From Paragordius varius (lineage: Eukaryota; Animalia; Nematomorpha), in the NCBI GenBank assembly GCA_964247055.1, contig OZ176054.1, positions 12,772,001 to 12,836,000 on the forward strand: a stretch of 64,000 nt of DNA. Reading direction: 5' to 3'. The position numbers and the translations under genes are program-made. Positions 14,401-23,680 of the stretch are shown here, one piece after another (positions within the stretch are counted from its first letter, which is position 1; every line of letters begins with the position of its first letter). The notes beneath the pieces were generated by a model. The model ran no database searches. It was not told the origin of the DNA and saw only the letters and a list, made by a program, of their open reading frames with translations.

Positions 14401-15995
14401 AAGAGACTTCATTCTTAGAAAAGTAATTAAAATAATTTTTGTTTACCGAACTACTGGGATTTAGAATATTGGAATTAATATCCGTACTGGAATTATTGCC
14501 TTCGTGTCCCTTACCAATGATGTTTGAGGTCCCACTCACTTTGGTAGGAGAAGAATTAACTGGAGAGCTGGGTGGATCAAAAAAGTTTACTGAATGAGTT
14601 GGAGATGACTCGACAACCTTAGGCTTATTAGACGGATTGAAACGGAGGTTTGACAAACTTAACGGTTTGCTGTGAGGATGAGGAGGTAGATTATGAGACC
14701 TTTTATGAGATAAGAGAGACATGCGCTTGGGAAACGACAAGTCACACTCATCACATGCATGAGGCATTTGGACAATAGGAGATTTGGACGCAAAAATGCA
14801 CTCTTTCATATGTATACTTGGGTGAATAGATAAAACTTTGTTACAAGGTTTGCAAATATTAACTATTTTGATTAGTTCTTTATGGACCAGCTTAATATGA
14901 CGTAGAAGAGACTGTCTCTGGGCAGTCCAGGATTTACAACGAAATTGATGATTGCAGGATTCAAACGGACACGAAAAATGATTAGGTAAAGGAAAATAGA
15001 AGGAAAGGGTTTTGTCTTGCAGGGTAGGTTGATGTGGCATCACCTCCAATAGGTCGCCATCATTATCATCATCATCATTATTATTTATCTTAAGCATTTT
15101 GTTGGCTGGATGGACAAGATCAAGGATGGTCTTGCGTTTAATGTTTGAGCTGGGAGATTTGGCCTGATTGGATGACTGATTGGTAGCTGTGTAAACGTTG
15201 TCGTAGAATTGAGATGAAGAGAGTGAAGGGAATTGGTGTTCATAGAGAGAGCCAATATCGGGTGTTGGAGTTGTCGACGGGTTGACACAGAATGATGGAT
15301 GGCTTTGAGTATTGACCGTGGTGACAGAGGTATGGCAGAAGGTTGTCTTGCAGTACACTGGTTGATTATCATTATCATTTATTGTAAGGGGAAACATGAT
15401 TTGTACGTTGTTGGAGCTAATAATGTTGTTTGAAATCATATCTATAATAAAAATAAACAATGTATAATATTGGAAAGAAATTTAGATGGACCAAAGGATT
15501 AAAGAATGGAAATAAATAAAGTCCTAATCACCCGGATAATTAATATAACCAAAAGGGGGCCGGGAATTCAGAGACACACAATTAAGAGGGAAAACAACAT
15601 GCGAATAAAAGATAAAGAGAGGCGCGAATTTCAAATAACAATTAACAAAGATGGAGAAAGTGAACAATAACCGTTCAAAAAAAAATGGCCAAAGCGCGAA
15701 TTTAAAGCAAAATGGAGGGAATATTTAAAAAAAAGGGGGGGAAATAAACAAAAAGCCGTTAGAAAAAGGTTAGGGAAAGCGCGAAATTTTAAAAAAGGGG
15801 GTAAACAAAAAAAACAATTAAGAGGGGCGCGAACTTTACCAAAGGGGGGAGATTTAAAAAAGCCACAAAAATTACAAAAAAAGGTATGAAAGTGCAATGA
15901 ATTAAAAAGGGACGGTTAAATTTTTGTAAAAGTATAAAAGATGGCATAAGATCAAGTTTAATTAATTTTATTAAGAATTTAAGGTAAGAAGGACG
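11484..15995 (-). mobile_element. Full-length Utopia-type (U2 snRNA-targeting, R2-superfamily RLE) non-LTR retrotransposon
   Basis: Bounded by the U2 5' fragment (ends about 15996) and the U2 3' part (starts 11483). Contains one long ORF, a ~550-nt 5' UTR and a ~160-nt 3' UTR. No TSD seen. Confidence 0.92.
11642..15439 (-). CDS. Retrotransposon ORF (~1265 aa from the first ATG): 3 zinc fingers, reverse transcriptase, CCHC knuckle, restriction-like endonuclease
   Basis: Zinc fingers CPFESC..H..LVH, CKPC..H..C and CDEC..HKRSH. RT motifs PGPDG, WRPLSL, QKGF, FIDITAAFDSV, GIKQGCPIS and YADD. Knuckle CRRCGKSKETQAHVLNHC. RLE motifs RHN, RPDL, IIDPTVPFE and K..KY. No stops or frameshifts. Confidence 0.96.
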   Translation of the reverse strand: MISNNIISSNNVQIMFPLTINDNDNQPVYCKTTFCHTSVTTVNTQSHPSFCVNPSTTPTPDIGSLYEHQFPSLSSSQFYDNVYTATNQSSNQAKSPSSNIKRKTILDLVHPANKMLKINNNDDDDNDGDLLEVMPHQPTLQDKTLSFYFPLPNHFSCPFESCNHQFRCKSWTAQRQSLLRHIKLVHKELIKIVNICKPCNKVLSIHPSIHMKECIFASKSPIVQMPHACDECDLSFPKRMSLLSHKRSHNLPPHPHSKPLSLSNLRFNPSNKPKVVESSPTHSVNFFDPPSSPVNSSPTKVSGTSNIIGKGHEGNNSSTDINSNILNPSSSVNKNYFNYFSKNEVSLSNRFTILEESVDEEPTSSVTLPPPYKSFNKSPALNKNTFPFTNFNNLLDSHDENSDWEDVCSLISSIQNALSPPRADYNKSKSLVHKDLNIRSMYKRNRKKAIRLIVDGPPSSCKINNEDITNYFNNTIGKKSEPINFNYSNNSVPLLDFIPFSASEVSDKLRKVSNSSPGPDGISYTKWKQVDPKGFLLSKIFNLCLSHRMIPNHWKVTKSILISKKKGDPSLVSSWRPLSLSNTIYKLFTGLIANRISKHILKNNLLSSAQKGFMPFDGCFEHNYILNKSISDAKHNKKDIFVTFIDITAAFDSVPHQLIFECLPNFGIDNNIQALIKDIYTNSCTQFFSASGLTQPIPFLSGIKQGCPISGLLFNLSIDSVLRSMVFNGHNVLAYADDIVLLSDSPERHQVGLNLLECPINDIGLSIKAEKCNSISIASCSPVFKIGEVVVPSIGQGEFVKFLGKPVGLNFINPVPSTEIVDKIHSSSLLPWQKLDAIKTFFYPTISHQLRNNELKMVTGEYLDKKLTKVFKQILNLPRDATNNYIFGSRNKGALGMPLFRDDINIFRVDSAFKLLTSLDPSIRVSALEELKVSASFRFKVRLDSITPDQLGKYLSGYENPLVSNPANKCQNIWTIARIASESLKISWSFDDSFQPTVISEFSKISQDNRSAVVSNLRFYKRKLKDTELHHFALQGRVMECVADDKVSHHFLYNNKDLRFRDWNFIHRARLNLLPTKMRLRSSEQMCRRCGKSKETQAHVLNHCLKDDNIITKRHNIIVDVIKDNLPSNFKILSENQAIDSSRLRPDLIVTNGTDCYIIDPTVPFENRLESFETAFNNKIMKYSCMAQQLQETYSNTQVIPVVVGSLGSWYSKNDVLFEKMRFRCPTQLKKSIVTNTIKASSDMYHMFMSGRNSLIDNNPTNASL

Positions 15996-16030
15996 ACACT
16001 TTGATCTTAGCCAAGAGGCCGAGAAGCGAT
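15996..16030 (-). ncRNA. U2: U2 snRNA, 5' fragment (nt 1 to about 35)
   Basis: Minus strand ATCGCTTCTCGGCCTCTTGGCTAAGATCAAAGTGT is the U2 5' end. It is followed by CGTCC instead of AGTATC. Confidence 0.95.
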
Positions 16031-17187
16031 AACCACATACAAATTTTCATTTTTCAATATAAATTTATTTATTCGGACAAAAATAGGCCCTTGACTCTCC
16101 ATATTAAATGATTCGAAAAGTTACATTGTTAACAAAACTTGCATGCAAATATTTGTGATTTTTGTTCAAAAGATTGATTTTTATAAAATGTTTTTATCCG
16201 TAAAATTTGTCACATATAATTTTACCTGTTTAATTAATGTGAATGTTTACCTTTATTTCTTCAGGTGAATACGAATATTAATTATTATTTACCTGTTTTT
16301 TACACCTTTATACATAACATTGTATTATATCACACTTACCTGTATGTACATTTTTTCACTGTTGTTTATAATTTTGTATATTTACATTATTGTAGATATT
16401 GTAATACAAAACACAAGGATGGATGGATAGATTGAAGATTGGAATAATTATATATAACATATATTATTGGCGATGAATAAATGATATAATTAATTTTGAA
16501 TTTAAATTATATATAAAACAAGTGACTATTTTAAAATAGTTTTTATTTATAAAAAATGTAGAAATATGGTTTAATCGACACATCTGGCTATTTTTCTTTT
16601 TTTAAAATGATAATATTACTAATTTAAAAGTTGCAATTTATTTTTCAAGAGATTTGTTGATATATGATAAAAATTGCTTTTCTTAAGAAAAAACATATAC
16701 AGATGTTGATAATTTGAATAATGCACAACAGGTTTTTTAAATTAACCAAATGAAAACTGAAAGAAACAAAATAGGCATAAGTTCCGGTACATAAAAACAT
16801 AATCCTTCACATTTTTATAATTTATTTACGAGCTTAATTTACTTATAGAACACTTGAAAACAGGATACTATCAAAATAAAATTACTACAATAATAATATA
16901 TAAATAATATTTGTGGTACAAAGTGTTGTTTTAAAATTTTAAGTTAATTTAGTTAGGAGATATATGTTAAAACTAATTATTGTGAATATATATTTGTAAC
17001 ATTTAGACTTTTTGTAAAATTATGTTTGGAACTCTTTTTATAGTAAATAAAGAGACAAAATGCAAATAGATAACACAAATATTACTTCAAAAAACTGCTG
17101 TACTTTTTTAACTTGATATTTTTTAGTCTCATAATCAAAATTGACGCGCTAACTTTATTGCTGATACAACCAATTATACAGTATGGT

Positions 17188-20100
17188 TAAGGTGACCAGA
17201 TTTTTTGAAGGAAAAAGCGGGACAAATCTGAGAAGGAGGTGGGTCATTGGGGGGTACAACCAAAAATTTTTATACAAAAAATTTATTGTAATATTTATTT
17301 ATTTTTAACACAAATACATTATAAATATAAAAAAATTGTATCTCACAGGTTGTTTGTACCTTATTCAATAAATTTCCATGTGCACGAACAAAGGGTGAAG
17401 TGATTTTAATATTCTAGAAAATAATAAAGACGAAATCATCACAAAGTGCGCTGGGTGATGCAAGAAGCGGCACAAAAATATTTTTAACAATTTAGCGAAT
17501 AATCTTAATCAAAACATTATTGGCAGATACACAACGTTCAAACAGCTACTGATTTGTTACCCCTGGATGGGGAAAATATATATGTTAAAATGCTTGGATA
17601 TTGTAGAACTGTTGGTTAGCTCTTTTGCCAGTGATTGATATATTTATAAAAATGTGATCTCCTAGAATCCTATTTTTTATCACAGGACAAAGGTCAAAAT
17701 TCCAAGTCAAAAAAGGTTAGAAAATAATTTTATACCATTACCTAATCGCAATATTATAAAGCATCCAGAAAAACAAGGCTCAATGAATAGCCAGAATATA
17801 AAAATGTATTATACAAACAGAAACGATTATTTGGAAGACCGGTGCACAATGACACTTTTTGATGAAGTCTCATTATTAAATAAATATATTGAATGAAAAC
17901 TTATATTATGGACAACAAAAAAAAATACGTAGGATAGAAATGGTTAAAATAATCATTTTTGAACAAATTATGTTCCATACAATATTATTTTAATTGTAGA
18001 ATTTGCATTATCTTTACCTGAACCACTGCTATTGAACGCGTTTTTCCACAGTAAATTAAGTAAGGACACGGAATCAAATTTAAATGTTGAATAAAAGCCA
18101 TTTTGTGTGTTCAAATATAATTTGACAAATTATGAAGACTTATACAATATTTTACGTGATTTTGTTAATTTTTTTTACACAAAAACTTTAAAGAAAATAT
18201 TTTATTCTTTAGTATTTTTGTTTGAGTGAATGCGTTTTAGCAGATTGTCATCATTTTTTAAAATATTGTAGAAGTCTTCACAAGAATTTGTCAAATTATA
18301 TTTGACAGATAAAACGGCCTTTAAAGTTTCAACATTTAAATTTGATTTTTCCGATGTCCACACCTGATTTACTGTGGAAAAAACGCGCTCAGTAGCAGCG
18401 TTGGTTCCAGGTAAAGATAGTGCGAATTCCACAATTTTTAAAATATTATTGTATGTAATATAGTTGGCTTCAAAATGATGAAATATTTCCAACCATTTCT
18501 TTTCTACTGTATATTTTCTTTTGTCCATAATTTAAGTTTTTCATTATTAATATATCTTTTAACTAATACTTTAGAAAAAAGATCATTTTCTGAAAGATTA
18601 CTTTTTGATAATTTTTGGGAGCAGATATAATCAAATGATTTTTGAACATCGCACCAATTAAATTCTGATTTTAATGTTATCCACTGAAAATGATCAATTT
18701 CATTGAATTGCGTCGTCCAGTCTTCCAAATAATCTTTACAGTTTGTAGAAAACATTTTTATATGGTACAGGATATCTTGGCGATTTATTAAGCCTTGTTT
18801 TTCTAATTATTTATTATATTGCGGATGGTTAATGGTATAAAATTATTTTCTAACCGTTCTTGACATTGGAATTTTAGGTTACTAACTTCATTGGCTACTT
18901 CGATTGTCGAAATTTTGTCACCTCCTATAAATGTAATAACATTTTGAAAGAGAGAAGCTTGATTATGTAAGAATTATAACCATATTTTTGAACAATCACT
19001 TTCAAAAAACTTTTTTAAAATTGTAGGACATTTGTCCTGTGATAATAAAAAAGATTTTAAAGGATCATACATTTTAAAATTCTTTCGATAGCTGGCATAA
19101 AAGCTAACCATCGAGTTTTACAATATCCAAGCATTTTTGATATTGAACTTCTGCATTTTCACAGAATTCTTGCGTTTCAACACTACCGTGTATATATAAA
19201 AATAGGAATATATTTTAACAACTACATTTTCCACATCTAGGGGTAACAAATCAGCAGCTGTATGAATAGCGTTGTGTATTATATGCGCTGCACACCCAAC
19301 GCCAATAATGTTTTGATTAAGATTATCTGTTAATTTATGAAAAATATTTTTTTGTTCCTCTCCTTGCTTTTCCACCAAAGTTCATATTGGTGTTGTCAGC
19401 GCAATATACGATAATATTGTATTTTAAATTATTTTTTTGCATTATTGAAGTAAATATTATTTCGGAATTTTCACCGGGTAGGGAAATTAAATCTAAAATT
19501 TTAATTTTTACTCCGGTTTCTGAATCAAAATATCTCATCAAAGTGGGAAATAATTTTGTTTCATGGAGATTTGATGCATCAGAGTATATCGATATGGAAT
19601 TAATTTTCAGCAATTTTTTTTGTAGTTCAGAAAATGCATGTTGCGAAAGGACATTGCACACAATGGCTTCAGCCTTTGTACGGGATGTAAATTTTTTATG
19701 GAATAACGTGCGAATAACCTGTGAGGTACAGTCCATAGATCTAAAGGAATGATTGTAATTAACGGCGTGAAAAGATAACACGCCCTCAGCTAGTGCCAAA
19801 TTCTTTTTTTCCTCTCCAAAAGCTGTTTTTCAAAAAAATCGCTCATTTTGTAAGATGATGCCGCCATATCTAAACATTTTTTATGTTTCTGTGTTTCCAT
19901 ATGCTTTGTAAAATCATGCTTGCCGCCATGTGCTAGGGTGAATTCCCCCTCGCATATAAGACATTTAACAAATGATTCATTCTTCGTTTTTTTAATAAAA
20001 GGAAATCCTTCATTAATTCATCGTTGAATTAACAACCTCTTTTTGTGCTCATATTTATAAACTACTATTAGTATAATAAATATTATATTACCTTAATTTT

Positions 20101-20619
20101 CTGTGATAAACGTATAAGGTACCGATTTGTGGTATCAATTTGTCTTTTAAGCTACCGATTTGTGGTATTAATTTGGCTTTTTAATAATGTTGGCAAGTAA
20201 TAAAACTAAAATATTAGTATAATAAATATTATATTACCTTAATTTTGTGAAATAAACGTGTAAGGTACCGATTTGTGGTATCAATTTGTCTTTTAATCTA
20301 GAGATTTGTGGTATTAACTTGGCTTTTTGATAATAATGACAGTAGTAGTAGGAAGTATAGTGTATAATCACATGATATAAATTCGAAAAAAATAAATATT
20401 TTTAATTTAAAATAAAAAATTTTAATTTAAAATTGAATAGATTTTAAAGATATTTAATGATAAAAAATTTAAACGGACAAAAAAAATTTATTTGTATAAA
20501 AAAAAATTTTTTTTTATATAATCGTGAAAAAGCGGGACATTTAAAAACGTAGCAGGAAGCGGGACAAAGTGTGAAAAAGCGGGACTGTCCCGCCAAAAGC
20601 GGGACGTCTGGTCACCTTA
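17188..20619 (-). mobile_element. Complete hAT (Blackjack-like) DNA transposon with a frameshifted transposase
   Basis: 13-bp TIRs TAAGGTGACCAGA / TCTGGTCACCTTA. Perfect 8-bp TSD AGTATGGT (17180-17187 and 20620-20627). Subterminal GCGGGAC repeats. Transposase pieces lie at 18202-19930 (BED-like HGG..D..H..T.KH, DASN, ADNTN, GCAAHIIHN, C-terminal LSLPGTNAATERVFS). Confidence 0.93.
18202..19930 (-). pseudogene. Decayed hAT transposase
   Basis: hAT motifs are spread over several frames (ORFs 19335-19799, 19118-19378, 18504-18755, 18202-18528). Confidence 0.88.
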
Positions 20620-20907
20620 AGTATGGTATACATGGTAAGTTATTGAGAATTTAATTATCTCAAATCGTAACCTGACAATTTTTAGTTGATATGTTAAAAA
20701 TGTACTGAAAAAGTCGGTTGCTTGTATTTCCCCATACTAAATTATTTTGACGCCATTTTTATAACACATTTTCTCTAAATATTATATTTTATTTCTCACA
20801 GATTTTAAAAAAGTGTTTTATTTTGCATTATTATTGTATCTGATTAATGGAAACATGTCATATTGGCTAAATTTTTACCTTGAGGTTTATGCATAAAATA
20901 AGTGATA

Positions 20908-21194
20908 CAGTAAAAGTTGAAATTATACGGATAAAACCTAAAAATTTTAAGACAAATATTTTTATCTAAAAGACAATTATACTTTTTTAAACATTAAATT
21001 TCTCATATAAACTATTTAGTTACAATTGTGAAATATAGAATTGATTGTGTTACTAATATATATTTCTATTTCAGACTCTGCCTATTAAAACAATGAGTTA
21101 TATTAAAATAAATTTAAAAAGTATGGTTGTCTTTTAGAAAAAAATATTGTCTTTATATTTTTAAGTTTTGTCCGTATAATTTCAGTTTTTACTG
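20908..21194. mobile_element. MITE family B (TA|CAGTAAAA...TTTTACTG|TA; ~100-bp TIRs containing TTATACGGACAAAA and AAAAGACAACCATAC)
   Basis: Long inverted arms. Related copies lie near 2980, 22680, 24826, 25190, 25550, 33530, 33720, 34332, 34865, 35545, 42584, 52515, 61080 and 61778. CAGT ends with TA flanks are typical of Tc1/mariner-derived MITEs. Confidence 0.75.
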
Positions 21195-21399
21195 ATTCAA
21201 GTTTTTTTGAATGATTTATTTTATATTTGTATTAACGTTTAATGAGTGCAAGTTTTGCAATTTCAAATACCATTCAATTTTCTTAATATATGTCCCAATT
21301 TGAATTGAAGGACTGATATGATGTGTTGTATCCGAGTGTTAATGTTAATAATAATCATAATTATTTTTTAGTAAATTATGTTTTAAATGTTTCCATGTA

Positions 21400-21750
21400 T
21401 TTTGACGTTTCTAGTTTTGAGAGTGAAACGTTCTCTTCTATATAAGTTCGTAATTAATATATGCCCATATATTGACTTTATGGTTTTAAATGTGAAAACG
21501 AACATTTTATATTAATTAATAAAGTTCGTAATGTTTTATGCCCTTATATTTTGACATTTAAAATTTTGAAATAAAAAGAAACTCTTTCATATTAATTAAT
21601 CAGAGTTTATAATTTTTTATGCCTATATATTTTGACGTTTACACATAAAAATTAAAAATGAACTTTTTCATTTAAATTAATCAAGAGTTCGTAATTTTTT
21701 ATGCCCATATATTTTAACGTTTACAGTTTGAAGTGAAAAAGAATTCAAAA
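21400..21750. repeat. Degenerate minisatellite, ~80-bp unit, about 4-5 copies
   Basis: Recurring AAGAGTTCGTAAT..TATGCCCATATATTTTGACGTTTA..AAAAGAAC core. Confidence 0.65.
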
Positions 21751-22359
21751 TAATAGTTAAAGCATTATAAAATTTAATCGAAAATTAATAACAATGCAGT
21801 TAATTCATATTTCCAAAAATTCAAAAATCTTACGGTTTTCAATCAAGCCATATTAGTCATTTACTAGTATGTTAACCTCATATATTTTTGTTTAATCGAT
21901 TTTTTCATAACTATTTATGTTAATAATAATAGGTAGCAGAAACTTATTTCCTATTCAACCAACTATAAGAACTTTTAAAATAAAAATATCTATTGACTCA
22001 GAATTTTGTTATAGAAAAGCGGAATAAACTCTTTTTTGTGCAAAAAATAACCTAACAAACCTAAGTTAAATAATGCTTGTATTTGCAAATTATAAGGATC
22101 TCTATGCAGGCCTTAAGGCGTGATAGAATAGTAGGTAGGGGGCCAGACTTTTAGACTGATGTGTGGTCTACTAGAGTTAGAACCCCAAACCTGCATGATT
22201 TTTTCATCATCAGTCTCACCTTGGGCAGGCGAGTTATAAAGCTTTCACGAGTACTAATACAATTTGAGTTAATTAAAGAGGAAATACTAAAAAGTATATT
22301 TTTATTAACAGCAATTTCAATTTCCGGAATAGGTTTAAACCTATGTTAAAACTTAAAAT

Positions 22360-22399
<40 letters not shown>

Positions 22400-23044
22400 A
22401 AATATTGTTAGTTGTAATATCGTGTATTGTACTAAGCCAATTAAGAAATTTTGATCGTGCAATCTTTTTTAAAAAAATGGTGTCTTAAGGGCCTTTGTTA
22501 GATTCTGTCCTAATAGACAGGATCCTACACAAATAATTATAGAATCATATATTTTATATCAAAAATCTTTTATTCACTTTATATCATACAGAATTGTGTG
22601 TCCGTTTTTATCTTGCTTGGTAAAATTATTTTTGTATCACGTAATTTAGCAGATATACGCGATTTTATAGTAAAAAGGAAATTATACGGACAAAAAGCAA
22701 ATATATAAAGGCAAATATTTTTTTATAAAAGACAACCCCATACTTTTTAGATCTTGATTTTTCAATATAATTCATAGATTTAAATGGCAAAGTCTGGAAT
22801 AGAGATATACAATTGTAACTAAATTGTTTATATGAGAAAAATTAAGGTTTTAAAAAGTATGGTTGTCTAGATAAAAATATTTGTCTTTATATTTTTACAT
22901 TTAGTCCGTATAATATTAATTTTTCTTGATTCTCGCCAAATAGTTATTAAGACATAATGAAATACTCATCCAGTTAATAAAATATAACCTTTATGGAATA
23001 ATTCAATAATGGATTGTTTGGCATATTATGGTGGTTGGTTTTTC

Positions 23045-23680
23045 CTAAGTCGTAAACGACTTTTTGGATATAGTTTTAACTATTTCTTTCCATTTTTTTC
23101 TATCTTTAACCGCTATATTGAGCTCTTTCAGTGTCATTTTGGTCTCTTCTTTTATCATATCCAACCACCTCATCGGTGGTCGGCCTCGTTTCCTTTGCCC
23201 TTCTACCTTCCCAAACATTGTATCTTTCTCCAGAGAATTCGATCGCATGACATGACCAAAATATGTTAACTTTCTTTTTAGAATTATCTCCATGATGTTT
23301 GTTTTAGGTTTTATTTCTGTAGTTAGACTTTCATTCTTAATTTTATCCTTCCAGGTGTATCCTAGCATCCTACGCCAGCAGCTCCTTTCAAAAGCCATGA
23401 GCCTTTCTTTGTCCCTTTTTTTGAGGGTCCAACTCTCACATCCATATGTGGTGACCGGGAGAACGAAACAGTAGAGTAATCTTTTTTTGGTTTCAACTCC
23501 TACGCTTTTGTTTTTCCAAATCTTTATTAATTTGGTCATCGCTTCTCTACCCAATCCTATTCTCTTTCTGATGTCAGGAGTTGAAGACCCATCCTCTGAA
23601 ATTATTGCGCCCAAAAACGTTAACTGTTTAACTATTTCTATTTCTACTCCTTCTATTATAATTGTAGGCTTTTTTACATA
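23045..23680 (-). mobile_element. 5'-truncated RTE-clade LINE (RT C-terminus and 3' end)
   Basis: Open frame FLGAIISEDGSSTPDIRKRIG...TYGCESWTLK...LTYFGHVMR..SLEK..MFGKVEGQRKRGRPPMRWLD...DRKKW, typical of the RTE/BovB-like C-terminus. Confidence 0.88.

Noticed and set aside
15900-16030. HDV-like ribozyme at the retrotransposon 5' end, as in R2 elements
   Set aside because: I could not place P3, P1.1, P4 and the catalytic C in the required order by eye. Only a simple U2/antisense hairpin is supported.
22100-22350. GC-richer patch containing CTGATGA on the minus strand
   Set aside because: No stem II/GAAA/stem III arrangement and no recognisable coding motif.
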